Origin: Nanobdellota archaeon
Lineage (GTDB): Archaea > Nanobdellota > Nanobdellia > Nanobdellales > Nanobdellaceae
Assembly (NCBI GenBank): GCA_042850255.1
Contig: AP031373.1
Coordinates: 450,001-482,000 of the forward strand
Direction of reading: 5' to 3'
Length of the DNA: 32,000 nt
Notes under the pieces: generated by a model
What the model saw: the letters and a program-made list of their open reading frames with translations, nothing else
Databases searched by the model: none
What the model was told of the DNA's origin: nothing
Translations under genes and position numbers: made by a program
In this document: piece by piece, positions 1 to 9,165 of the stretch
Numbering within the stretch: the stretch's first letter is position 1
How the letters are laid out: every line of letters starts with the position of its first letter

Positions 1-185
1 TTTTCACCTATTAATGTTATCCATTGAAATGCATATGATTTATAATGATCTCTATCAAGAATTGGTGTATCCTCTACCCATCTTGCTATTATTATATCTA
101 GAGGACCTCCTTTTGTATCTTCTACCATATATTTTATCCTATGTAATAAATCCAATTCTGTAAAACTTGCCTGTTCTGTTACCAC
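1..185 (-). CDS. Partial ORF of unknown function, 3' end outside the window
   Basis: The minus-strand frame is open from at least ~250 to position 1. It reads ..KVYVVTEQASFTELDLLHRIKYMVEDTKGGPLDIIIARWVEDTPILDRDHYKSYAFQWITLIGE.. Candidate starts are GTG at 183-185 or ATG at 126-128. No family recognised. Confidence 0.3.
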   Translation of the reverse strand, partial: MVTEQASFTELDLLHRIKYMVEDTKGGPLDIIIARWVEDTPILDRDHYKSYAFQWITLIGE

Positions 186-325
186 ATATACTTTTCTTAT
201 TTTTTTATCTAAATCTTCAATTCGGCAAGAAAGATTTTGTGTCCATAGTTTAGTATATAAATAGAAAGATTTATAAGTTTAACTGTTTATATTTTACTAA
301 AAGATAGTTACATAAATTTAAAAAT

Positions 326-1042
326 TTATCTCAACCTATATCCACCATCTACTGGAATTACTACTCCATTTATCCATTCCGATTCTTCACTCATTAACCA
401 AGCACCCACTATTGCAAAATCTTCAGGTGGTGCTTTTGGATCTCCTAGTTTTCTTAAAGATCTCCAATCTCTTTCAGGTATAAATTCTCCGTCTATCCAA
501 CTTGGTGCAATTCCAACAACTCTTATTTCTTTATTTAATAATTCTGAAGCTAATACTTCTACAGCTTTGGCAATACCTGCTTTTGCTATAGAATATGATA
601 ATTGGTTTGGTAATGCTTTGTCTATACCTTTAATAGCAGAAATTAATAATATTGTAGATCCTTTATCTAATATATCTAAAAATGTATTAATAATATTTAT
701 TGGATATTTAATATGATTATTTATCATTTGATCTAATGCATATGGATTTTCTATATTATCTTCTTCATATCCTCCAATCATTATTGCTATTCCATTTATT
801 TTATCTTTTATTTTCTTAACTTCATTTTTTAATTTATCTAAATTTTCTTTTAAACTTATATCTGTAGATATTATATATACTTTTCCATATTTTTCTAAAT
901 TATTTTTTATATATTCCAGTTTTTCTTTATCTCTAGATACTAATATTATTTCTGCCCTATTTTTAACTAAAAAATAACTTAACGCATATCCAAATCCTTT
1001 ACTTACTCCTATTAAAAGAAATGTTTTTCCATGAAAGTCCAT
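326..1042 (-). CDS. Short-chain dehydrogenase/reductase (SDR) family oxidoreductase
   Basis: 238 aa. N-terminal Rossmann glycine motif variant LLIGVSKGFGYAL. Catalytic YxxxK present as YSIAKAG. The terminal IPVDGG is typical of classical SDRs. Confidence 0.8.
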   Translation of the reverse strand: MDFHGKTFLLIGVSKGFGYALSYFLVKNRAEIILVSRDKEKLEYIKNNLEKYGKVYIISTDISLKENLDKLKNEVKKIKDKINGIAIMIGGYEEDNIENPYALDQMINNHIKYPINIINTFLDILDKGSTILLISAIKGIDKALPNQLSYSIAKAGIAKAVEVLASELLNKEIRVVGIAPSWIDGEFIPERDWRSLRKLGDPKAPPEDFAIVGAWLMSEESEWINGVVIPVDGGYRLR

Positions 1043-1043
1043 A

Positions 1044-1296
1044 TTAAATATTTAACAACCATTTATATAAAGGTATAAATTTAATTTTCCCTTTTTTATT
1101 GAACCAAGATATCTCTTTTTCATCTTCATAATCCCAGGTAATAATTATTAATTCTGGATTATGTTCTTTAAATAATTCATAAGAATGAATTAGAGATCTA
1201 ATTTCTCTTTTATCTATTTCATCAAAGTTATTAACATAACTAACATTAATTAATTTAGTAATTCTATTACCTTCTTTTATTAAAAAATCTATTTCA
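1044..1296 (-). repeat. Copy 1 of a ~250-nt high-identity segment shared by the two ATPase genes (direct orientation)
   Basis: ttaaatatttaacaaccatttatataaaggtataaattta (1044-) vs ctaaatatttaataaccatttatataaaggaataaattta (20553-). There is also an identical 23-mer gcaatttcttttgataataattt at 1915-1937 and 21415-21437. Confidence 0.7.
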
Positions 1297-2318
1297 TAAT
1301 TATTATTTTCAAAATAAAATATATTTTTATTTATTTCTAGTCCATTTTTTATAAATTCTAAAAATACTATATTTTCTAATGTTTTTCCAATATCTTTTTC
1401 TATTATATAATTATACAATCCCGGATCTACTAAATGTATTTTTGGTATAGATAATTCTAATTTTCTTAAACTTTTAGAATAATTTCTTAAAAAGAAAAAT
1501 ATTTGTATATCTTCTAGAATTTTTTGAAAATTATATAATAAATTTTTTGATACTTTTATATTTTGAGATCTTAATGTATTAAATAATTTTCTAATAGAAA
1601 ATTCTTTCGTAAAAGATGTAATAGCACTTTTTATAAATAATTCTAATGCATATCTATTTTTTATTCCATATCTATCTATAATATCTTTATATACTATTAG
1701 ATCTAAATATATTTTAAAAAAATCTGAAGGATTTATATTATTAAAAATTATATCTGGAAATTGTGAATAAATATATTTATTTACTATATTTCTTATTTTT
1801 CCCTCTTCATAAATGGAATATAGTTTTTTATTTTCAACATTTTCATAGAAGAATATTTCCTTAAAACTTAAAGGATATATATTTATTGATATAGATCTTC
1901 CCCTCAAACTTGTAGCAATTTCTTTTGATAATAATTTTGATGAAGAACCTGTAATAAATATATAATATCTTTTTGACTCATACAATGTATAGACAAATTT
2001 TTCCCAATTATTTAAATTCTGTATTTCATCAAAAAACAAATATTCAGGATCTTTGCCATATATTTCTTTATGATATATTAAAAAATCAAAAGGATCTTTA
2101 AAATCAACATAGTCTTCGAAATTTACAAATAAATAATCTTCTTCCTTTAAATTTAATTTTTTAATTAAATAATATAAGTAAAAACTTTTACCAGATCTTC
2201 TAGGTCCTATTATTGAATGAATAAAATCTTTTGTAATATTTATTTCCTTTAATCTTGGTTTTACATTTATATTTTTTATATCTTCCTTTTTTGTAACTAA
2301 ATATGTTTTTATATCCAT
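1044..2318 (-). CDS. AAA+ ATPase of the archaeal ATPase/DUF4143 type with a PD-(D/E)xK-like C-terminal domain
   Basis: Walker A GPRRSGKS and Walker B LFFDEIQ. The C-terminal YEIDFLIKEG block is nuclease-fold-like. The track ORF extends to 2414, but MDIKTYL (ATG 2316-2318) has a TATA-like box about 22 nt upstream and aligns with the paralogue at 20553. Confidence 0.85.
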   Translation of the reverse strand: MDIKTYLVTKKEDIKNINVKPRLKEINITKDFIHSIIGPRRSGKSFYLYYLIKKLNLKEEDYLFVNFEDYVDFKDPFDFLIYHKEIYGKDPEYLFFDEIQNLNNWEKFVYTLYESKRYYIFITGSSSKLLSKEIATSLRGRSISINIYPLSFKEIFFYENVENKKLYSIYEEGKIRNIVNKYIYSQFPDIIFNNINPSDFFKIYLDLIVYKDIIDRYGIKNRYALELFIKSAITSFTKEFSIRKLFNTLRSQNIKVSKNLLYNFQKILEDIQIFFFLRNYSKSLRKLELSIPKIHLVDPGLYNYIIEKDIGKTLENIVFLEFIKNGLEINKNIFYFENNNYEIDFLIKEGNRITKLINVSYVNNFDEIDKREIRSLIHSYELFKEHNPELIIITWDYEDEKEISWFNKKGKIKFIPLYKWLLNI

Positions 2319-2338
2319 ATACTTATATATAGAGACAC

Positions 2339-2350
2339 TTTTATAAAAAG
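2339..2350 (-). promoter_or_regulatory. TATA-like box for the ATPase gene (leaderless geometry)
   Basis: The minus strand reads ctTTTTATAAAAgtgtctctatatataagtatATG. The box ends about 22 nt before the ATG at 2318. Confidence 0.4.
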
Positions 2351-2537
2351 TTTCCCTATATACAAGGACATTAATTCTATATTTTTGGTATGACTGTATA
2401 TTATATAGTACCAATTTTTACAATTTTTGGTATTCTATAGTATATAAACTTTTATAAAATATAACTATAAGCTGTACAAAAATATATTAATTTGGTTCAG
2501 TACAGTATAATATTTTTATTAAAAATTATTTTCAAAA

Positions 2538-3518
2538 TTATTTTTCTAAATTTTCTTTAAATTCCTTTGCAGTTTCTTCAGGTATAGAAGATATTATATA
2601 CTCTAAATGTCCAATTTCCATATAACCAATATCAAACATATTTCTTTGTTGTATTTTTATTATAGGATATGTTCTAGATTCTTTTAATAATGTTGTATCA
2701 AATATCTCCATATTAAAACTATTATATAACTTTTCATATGTTGTTAAAATTTTATATAATTCTTCGATGAATTTTTCAAAATTATTTTCTGATAAGAAAA
2801 ATATTCCAAATGTTTCTATATATCCTAATAATTCGTTATTCCTAAAAGGTGCAAAAGATGAAAATAATTTTATTAGTGAATCCTGTATAAATCTCTCATT
2901 TAATTGTTTTTCAAAATTAAAATAATCTTCTATAAAAAATTTTTTATATTTTTCAAAATATCTTTTTGATTTATCTAAATATATTTTAAAATAGTTAGTG
3001 GGTTCTTTTTCTATTAATATTTGGAAATGTAAATGACCTTGTGATGCTCCCGCAAAATATCCTTTATTTAAATTAATAAATATATAATTATATTCTTTTT
3101 CAGGTATTTTTTCATAAAATTCCTTTATTAAACTAAAAGAATTATACAAATCTAATATATTTATTTCTGAAAAGTTTTCTGTATGCTTTTTATAATTTGG
3201 AACTAGTACTGCATGATATCTTCCATATGGATACTTATTTGCAAATAATACAGAATTTCCTTTATATAACTTTTTAGAAAATTCAAAATCTGGAGTATAT
3301 TTTTCAGGATCACAAAATACACAAACTTTTTGATCTAAATTTATATTTTTATATGTTCTAGGTTTACTTTTTATAGATTTATTTATCCTTACTTTTAATC
3401 CTGTTATGGGGTCAATTCTTTCTTCAATAATATTTCTTTCTAATTGATTATTATATAAATTCTTTACTTCATATTCATAACTTATTAATTTTATTTCTTC
3501 ATTATATATTTTTTCCAT
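2538..3518 (-). CDS. Galactose-1-phosphate uridylyltransferase-like HIT-superfamily nucleotidyltransferase
   Basis: 326 aa. CVFCDPE (CxxC zinc site), ANKYPYGRYHAVLVP, and the active-site HxHxQ motif as GHLHFQIL. Confidence 0.7.
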   Translation of the reverse strand: MEKIYNEEIKLISYEYEVKNLYNNQLERNIIEERIDPITGLKVRINKSIKSKPRTYKNINLDQKVCVFCDPEKYTPDFEFSKKLYKGNSVLFANKYPYGRYHAVLVPNYKKHTENFSEINILDLYNSFSLIKEFYEKIPEKEYNYIFINLNKGYFAGASQGHLHFQILIEKEPTNYFKIYLDKSKRYFEKYKKFFIEDYFNFEKQLNERFIQDSLIKLFSSFAPFRNNELLGYIETFGIFFLSENNFEKFIEELYKILTTYEKLYNSFNMEIFDTTLLKESRTYPIIKIQQRNMFDIGYMEIGHLEYIISSIPEETAKEFKENLEK

Positions 3519-3842
3519 ATTTTAACTATATACCTAGAAATATAAATAATTTATTATAATCAAGAAACTGATAAATCTTTATAAGATTTTTATATTATTA
3601 CTTTATAATGGTAAATATATTAAAAAGAATATTTAAAAAGAATTTAGGAAGTATTGATGATATAATAAAAGATTTTATATTAGATACTACCGCCCTTATA
3701 AAGACAATAATATAATAACAGTAGATCCGTCTTTTAATAGATATAAAAATTATAAAATAGTAGCAAAAGACGGATATAAATTTATGAAAAAAGCAAGTAT
3801 ATGGGATAAAATAAAAGAATATTTTAGTAGTTTATTTAATTT

Positions 3843-4283
3843 ATGAGATTATGGTCTATACATCCTAAATATTTAGATACTAAAGGATTATTAGGGTTAT
3901 GGAGAGAATCTTTATTAGCACAAAAAGTATTATTAGGAGAAACTAAAGGTTATAAAAATCATCCTCAATTAATAAGATTTAAACAAACAAAGGATCCTTT
4001 ATTATATATTGGAACATATTTATATTATATCTATTTAGAGGGAGAAAGAAGGAATTATAAATTTGATAAAAGTAAGATAGTTAGGTATGATTTAAATATT
4101 GAAAAAATACCTGTTACAGATGGGCAAGTAAAATACGAATTTAACCATTTATTAAATAAGTTAAAAGAAAGAGATTATAATAAATATCAAGAAATAAAAG
4201 ATATTAAAAATATAGAAGTACATCCGGTATTTTATATAATCCCTGGAGATATAGAAAAATGGGAAAAAGTAAAGGATTTATAG
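3843..4283 (+). CDS. Pyrimidine dimer DNA glycosylase (endonuclease V-like, Pyr_excise family)
   Basis: 146 aa. The N-terminus MRLWSIHPKYLDTKGLLGLWRESLLAQKVLLGETKGYKNHPQLIRF is the characteristic signature of this family. Confidence 0.8.
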   Translation: MRLWSIHPKYLDTKGLLGLWRESLLAQKVLLGETKGYKNHPQLIRFKQTKDPLLYIGTYLYYIYLEGERRNYKFDKSKIVRYDLNIEKIPVTDGQVKYEFNHLLNKLKERDYNKYQEIKDIKNIEVHPVFYIIPGDIEKWEKVKDL

Positions 4284-4313
4284 TTCCCAAACAATACCGG
4301 GTACTCTTGGGAA
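4284..4313. other. GC-containing inverted repeat immediately after the glycosylase stop codon
   Basis: TTCCCAA (4284-4290) and TTGGGAA (4307-4313) form a 7-bp stem with a 16-nt spacer containing tacc-g-ggta. It stands out from the AT-rich background. Confidence 0.35.
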
Positions 4314-4457
4314 TGGTTGTACTTCATGTATATGTTTTCTTTTAGTTATTTATCTTCATAATATTTGACATAACTAAAGATTTAAAAATGTTATACAAAA
4401 CTGTTGTTATTTTATAATAATTATACTTAAAAATATTTTTAATAATAAATATAGCAT

Positions 4458-5225
4458 ATGGATCAATCATTATTAAAGCAAGTATCAGATTATTGGAAAT
4501 TATATGTAGAATTAAAAGGACAAAGAAATTTAGACTTTAAGAAATATGAAGGAAATATTAAGTATTCTCTGATAACTGCTCCAGAATTACATAAATTATG
4601 TGAAAAATTTGGATCAGATCAATGTTATTTAGAAGGAGCCTTTAATATTTATCCAAGAGTAGATGATATTGATGATGAGTATATTAATATATCATATCTA
4701 AAAAAGAAAAAAGATAAGGAAGCAAATGGTCTTGCTAGGCTTTATCATGAAGAATGGGGTCTTGATTTTGATATAGAAGAATATAAAAAGAAGGAGTATG
4801 AAAAAATAAAAAAGATAGAAGAAATTTTAAATAATTTGGGAGTATCTGGAGAAGATAGTTATATGTTTAGTTTACAAATATCTCTTCCAGGAAAACGTTA
4901 TGAAGATAAAAAAATGATTATATATATAATAAAAAATAACGAATCTAATAATTTATATTCTATAAAATATTATAATTATATAGACTTAAGAAGTAAAGAA
5001 GAATATTTTGATTATTCTCATACAAATGAAGAATATCTTATAAAAATAAAAGAAGGATTAGAAGATAGTATAGAATTATTAGGAAAAGTAAGATATATTA
5101 TAATGAAAATGTTTCCAGAAGCTAAGAAATACATAGAAAGAGAAACTAACAGAATGGAATATAATAGTTATAGAAAAGAAGTAGTTTATGATCCAAGAAA
5201 GATAGAAAAATGGTTTAATTTATAA
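4458..5225 (+). CDS. Hypothetical protein (255 aa), no recognisable family
   Basis: Long ORF with compositional bias like its neighbours. An AT-rich upstream region holds TATA-like tracts. Confidence 0.6.
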   Translation: MDQSLLKQVSDYWKLYVELKGQRNLDFKKYEGNIKYSLITAPELHKLCEKFGSDQCYLEGAFNIYPRVDDIDDEYINISYLKKKKDKEANGLARLYHEEWGLDFDIEEYKKKEYEKIKKIEEILNNLGVSGEDSYMFSLQISLPGKRYEDKKMIIYIIKNNESNNLYSIKYYNYIDLRSKEEYFDYSHTNEEYLIKIKEGLEDSIELLGKVRYIIMKMFPEAKKYIERETNRMEYNSYRKEVVYDPRKIEKWFNL

Positions 5226-5282
5226 TAATAGTTTTAAATAGTTATATTTTAAATTTTTGTTAATTATAATTTATTAAGATCT

Positions 5283-5861
5283 TTATTTAATATCTATTTC
5301 TTTTTCAATCTTTGAATTTTCTTTATTAATTATAACAATTTTTTTAATATTTTTGGTTTTTATAATATTAAACTTTTCAAAATCATTATCTAAAGTTATA
5401 ATTGTATCAATTCTATCTTTATATTCGTCCGCTAATATAAAGTGAATTATATCTTTTAAGTCTGGTACTTTCGATTTTATAATATTTTTATTTAAGTAAT
5501 CATAATGTTTATTTAAAGTTTCTACGATTTCTAAAAGTCTATTTAATATTTTATTACTATCTATAATATCTATAACTTTATATAGAGAATAAATATTTTT
5601 TATAAATTCATTATATACTTTTTCTCTTATTTTATTATCTTCTTCTCTACTTTCATTATCTTTATTAAAATATTTATTAAAATAATCTCTATATTTTTTC
5701 TTAGAAAATAATACATGTAGAGCTTCTTCTACTCCTATAAAACTTACATATCCCTCAACGTTACGAGGATGATATTTGTGATTTTCTATATTTTCTATAT
5801 CTCTAAAATTATTAAAAGAAAATAATAGTAATGCTGAAGTTTCATAATAAATCTTTATGTC
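5283..5861 (-). pseudogene. 192-codon open frame with no ATG/GTG/TTG start and a PIN-like C-terminal motif; possibly the 3' part of a frame-broken gene
   Basis: My own translation of the minus strand gives DIKIYYETSALLLFSFNNFRDIENIENHKYHPRNVEGYVSFIGVEEALHVLF...DIIHFILADEYKDRIDTIITLDNDFEKF...IDIK*. The frame contains no methionine and overlaps the end of ORF 5842-6192 in the +1 frame. It is absent from the supplied track. Confidence 0.4.
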
Positions 5862-6192
5862 TTAATTTTTTTACATCATTTATCATTTCTATAATATAAT
5901 CATTAGGAATATTTATATCCGATGTTATTTTGACTATTTTATTAAATTCTACAGCAGTTTCATTAACAAATTTTATATATTTAATATAGAATTCTTCATT
6001 TTTTACATATTTAGAGTTATAATATAGTCCTAATGCAAATATATATTCTGAAAATATTTTAAATCCCAATATGGAATATTTTATATTTTCATCATCAATA
6101 TCCATTTCTTTAATATCTTTTGGCATTATTTCTATCAATTTTTTTACCATATCTATATGAAGTTCATGCATTAAGTAAGTTAATGGTGGCAA
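5842..6192 (-). CDS. Hypothetical ORF (116 aa, TTG start in track); frame stays open upstream to ~6315
   Basis: The track start is TTG. The same frame reads KKNKKINKSKTKKIGETYYKFTYKFLNIDIIPIIYIKDRYS upstream with no stop until 6316-6318. It is probably the middle piece of a broken gene. Confidence 0.4.
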   Translation of the reverse strand: MPPLTYLMHELHIDMVKKLIEIMPKDIKEMDIDDENIKYSILGFKIFSEYIFALGLYYNSKYVKNEEFYIKYIKFVNETAVEFNKIVKITSDINIPNDYIIEMINDVKKLRHKDLL

Positions 6193-6296
6193 TGAATATC
6201 TATCTTTTATGTATATTATAGGAATTATATCTATATTTAGAAATTTATAAGTAAACTTGTAATAGGTTTCACCAATTTTTTTAGTTTTACTTTTAT

Positions 6297-6539
6297 TTAT
6301 TTTTTTATTTTTTTTTTAATCGCTTTTGAAAATTTCTTTATAATTTCTTCTATATTTTTATCTTCAAAGATCATATTAGCAAATTCATATATATTTCCTA
6401 GTATTGTATCTGTTTCTTTAAATAATTTCTTAGATATTTTATACATTGTTTTAATATCTATAATTTCAAATTCTTCATATTTTTTATTGTCAATAAATGA
6501 ATAAATATAATAAATAGAATCTACATATTGATTGTTCAT
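6297..6539 (-). CDS. Hypothetical ORF (80 aa) ending in a poly-lysine/A-run; possibly the 5' part of a frame-broken gene
   Basis: ATG start. It ends ..FSKAIKKKIKK* inside an A10 homopolymer (T-run 6308-6317 on the plus strand). Confidence 0.45.
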   Translation of the reverse strand: MNNQYVDSIYYIYSFIDNKKYEEFEIIDIKTMYKISKKLFKETDTILGNIYEFANMIFEDKNIEEIIKKFSKAIKKKIKK

Positions 6540-6594
6540 AAAACTAAATATTATTTTTTATTTATTTAAGTTTTAAATATAACAATATAAAATA

Positions 6595-6978
6595 ATGGAC
6601 TATTTCAAAGTTAATAATAAAGAAGAAATAATAAATAAAATTAAGGAAATATTATCAAAATATAATATTTCTTTTGCAATAATTTATGGATCTTTCGTTA
6701 GAAGAAAGTATTTTAGGGATATAGATATTGTAATAAAAGGAAATATAGATAAATATAAATTAGAGGAAGAATTAGAGAAATTAGGATATATATTTGATAT
6801 AAAATTATGGGAAGAATTAAATTTAAAATATAAATTTTTTGCAATAAAAGAAGGAATTTATATAATATTTAATGAAGAAGATTTTAAATGGGAAAAATAT
6901 AATACTGTAAGAGAATATTTAGATTTTCAACCAGTAATAGAAAGGTATTATAAACATTATATAAGTTTAATAAAATGA
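6595..6978 (+). CDS. Minimal nucleotidyltransferase (MNT), antitoxin partner of HEPN
   Basis: 127 aa. IIYGSFVRRKYFRDIDIVIKG contains the GS...DxD pol-beta NTase signature. A 4-nt ATGA overlap links it to the downstream HEPN gene. Confidence 0.85.
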   Translation: MDYFKVNNKEEIINKIKEILSKYNISFAIIYGSFVRRKYFRDIDIVIKGNIDKYKLEEELEKLGYIFDIKLWEELNLKYKFFAIKEGIYIIFNEEDFKWEKYNTVREYLDFQPVIERYYKHYISLIK

Positions 6979-7397
6979 AAGAACTAATAAAAGAACATAT
7001 TAAAGAACTAATTAAAGGTTTGAAACAATGGGAAAAATATGAAAAAATTGATAAAAATAAATTTTTATCAGATGAGGATACACAAAATATGGTAATGTAC
7101 GGAATGTTAAGAACAATACAATCTATGATAGATATAGGAAATGATATAATAGAAATTTTTAATTTTGAAGAACCTTCTACATATAAAGAAATATTCGAAA
7201 TATTGAAGAAACATAATATAATTGATGAAGAATTATCAGAAGAATTAAAAAAATTAGCAGGATTTAGAAATGTATTAGTACATATTTATTATGATATAGA
7301 TTTAAATAAGGTTTATGAAGTTTTAATATCTGGAAGAAATAATATAGAAAAGTTTTTAAGAATTGTTTTAGACTTAACAGAGAAATATAATATATGA
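6975..7397 (+). CDS. HEPN domain protein (DUF86 family), toxin of the MNT/HEPN pair
   Basis: 140 aa and helical. LAGFRNVLVHIYYDID carries the Rx4-6H motif (RNxLVH) typical of DUF86. Confidence 0.85.
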   Translation: MKELIKEHIKELIKGLKQWEKYEKIDKNKFLSDEDTQNMVMYGMLRTIQSMIDIGNDIIEIFNFEEPSTYKEIFEILKKHNIIDEELSEELKKLAGFRNVLVHIYYDIDLNKVYEVLISGRNNIEKFLRIVLDLTEKYNI

Positions 7398-7427
7398 TTT
7401 AAAAGATCTTTAGAATTCTTATAATAT

Positions 7428-8357
7428 ATGCCAATACCTAATGATTATAGAGAAAAATTATTGGAAAGATTAAATAAAAGTAGATTAACGGTAAGCGATT
7501 TAAATTATATAATTAAAAACTTCTTTAGGGAGAGATTAGATAATATTTTAAATTATGGTAAAGAATATAAATTAAGAAGCTATAATTTTTACTGTGTTAA
7601 TATGTATTATGATGAAGGAAGATTTTCTATATATAAAGAAGATAAAGTAGATTATATAAGTACTATTGGTATTATGATTTATATAAATAAAAGAAATCTT
7701 ATCAATATAATAACTTCTGAATTATTTATAAGATACCTATTAGAAGGAAAAATAGGATTATCTATAATAAAATATGATGGAAAATATAATATTACTATTG
7801 TAATACCTACAATTTATGGAGAGAAAAATATAAAATCAGGACCATATATATTGATGAATTTATTTAGAGATAAATTATTAAATATATATTCTTCGGATTT
7901 ATATTTATTTGGAAATAAATTAAAAATTGTTCAAGATGAAGAAATATATGGTAGAATATATATTAAACCTGCAAGATATCCAGAGGATTCTTCAAAATTA
8001 GATGAAATAGATATGAAAATGTTTAGAGCAGATAATATATCTTTAAGAACATATAATGGAGAAGAAAGATATAATGTAATTTTGTCTACATATAAAGGTA
8101 TTGTAAAATTAATGGAGAGATATGATTATGAAGAATATGATTTTTATCAAGGAATAAGAAATGAAACATCTATTATAATATCTAGTGTTAAAATAAGAAA
8201 TATGCCAGAATTTGTATTAGTTGATAAGGTATATAAAGAAGGAGAAAAATATATTGTAGAAGCTTATAGAGGAAATAGAGAATTAATAAAAATAAATAAA
8301 AAAGATTTTTGCTATCATCCATTAGCAGGATTGTATGGAATTAATTATTGCAAATAA
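7428..8357 (+). CDS. Hypothetical protein (309 aa), apparent paralogue of the 12761-13732 and 13755-14759 products
   Basis: Long ORF 30 nt after HEPN. Shared blocks seen by eye: IGIMIYINKRNLINIIT vs NNYGIVFYINSKRLLEKLL, and GRIYIKPARY vs GVSIRPAAYY. Confidence 0.6.
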   Translation: MPIPNDYREKLLERLNKSRLTVSDLNYIIKNFFRERLDNILNYGKEYKLRSYNFYCVNMYYDEGRFSIYKEDKVDYISTIGIMIYINKRNLINIITSELFIRYLLEGKIGLSIIKYDGKYNITIVIPTIYGEKNIKSGPYILMNLFRDKLLNIYSSDLYLFGNKLKIVQDEEIYGRIYIKPARYPEDSSKLDEIDMKMFRADNISLRTYNGEERYNVILSTYKGIVKLMERYDYEEYDFYQGIRNETSIIISSVKIRNMPEFVLVDKVYKEGEKYIVEAYRGNRELIKINKKDFCYHPLAGLYGINYCK

Positions 8358-8474
8358 TTTAATTATTTGAATAATTATTTATATAAAGATTAAATTTACT
8401 TTGATAAACTATGAATATTTTTATCTACATAATATTAGATAAATAATTCAAATTTCCGAAAGATAAGTATACAA

Positions 8475-9164
8475 TTATATAAATCCTAGCCATAATAAAA
8501 TTACCCCAAAGAATTGAGACCAATATAGTAATTCTGGATATGCAGCAATATATAATGTTCCAGCTATTGATAATAATATTACTCCAGCTATTATACTAGA
8601 CATTTGCATAATTTTATGTCTTCTTTTCTCTTTATCTTCAATATTCTTTGCTTTTCTAATACTAATAATTGCAGAAATTAATAATACTATTACTGCGGGG
8701 AAAGTAACTAAAGAAGATGTTATTGTAATAAGTAAAGGTAGTACTCCAAATACAACATAATTTTGTATTATATTTCCAATCTTAACAAAGAAAAATGATA
8801 TTAATAAAATAATATCTGTTATTATAGAATAAATATAATATATTTTTTTGATTTTATTGCTAAAAAATTGTATAGATCCTAATGCCAATAAGTTAACTAA
8901 AATAGCAACTATAAATAAATAAAAATCAATTAAAAATTCATTGTAATATCCCAATGCAAATATTAATTCTAAAAATGCACCTAAAGAAAATAAATATAAA
9001 CCAGAAGACCAGAAAATATAATTTTTTACTTTAGTCCTAAAGTATTTTAAAGAAAGTAAAATGGCCAATATAAATGATAATATTGTTATTATTGCTGTGG
9101 ATAGTACTACTATTTCTTGTAAATCAAGCATTATATAATATTTTAAAAAACTTTTAATTTTCAT
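8475..9164 (-). CDS. Polytopic membrane protein (~7 predicted TM segments), unknown family
   Basis: 229 aa made of successive hydrophobic stretches of about 20 residues, with one charged loop (KAKNIEDKEKRRHK). It is the last gene of a three-gene minus-strand cluster. Confidence 0.7.
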   Translation of the reverse strand: MKIKSFLKYYIMLDLQEIVVLSTAIITILSFILAILLSLKYFRTKVKNYIFWSSGLYLFSLGAFLELIFALGYYNEFLIDFYLFIVAILVNLLALGSIQFFSNKIKKIYYIYSIITDIILLISFFFVKIGNIIQNYVVFGVLPLLITITSSLVTFPAVIVLLISAIISIRKAKNIEDKEKRRHKIMQMSSIIAGVILLSIAGTLYIAAYPELLYWSQFFGVILLWLGFI

Positions 9165-9165
9165 A

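Noticed and set aside
2319-2414. N-terminal 32-codon extension of ATPase copy 1 (and the 15-codon extension 21807-21851 of copy 2)
   Set aside because: The extensions are not similar between the paralogues. They overlap the TATA-like and palindromic promoter elements, and the internal ATGs align with each other.
3609-3846. Small ORFs of 35 aa (3609-3716) and 20 aa (3784-3846, whose stop overlaps the glycosylase ATG), and the near-tandem ttaaaaagaat repeat around 3621-3646
   Set aside because: They are too short and too low in complexity to support. They could be remnants, and nothing distinguishes them from chance ORFs in AT-rich DNA.
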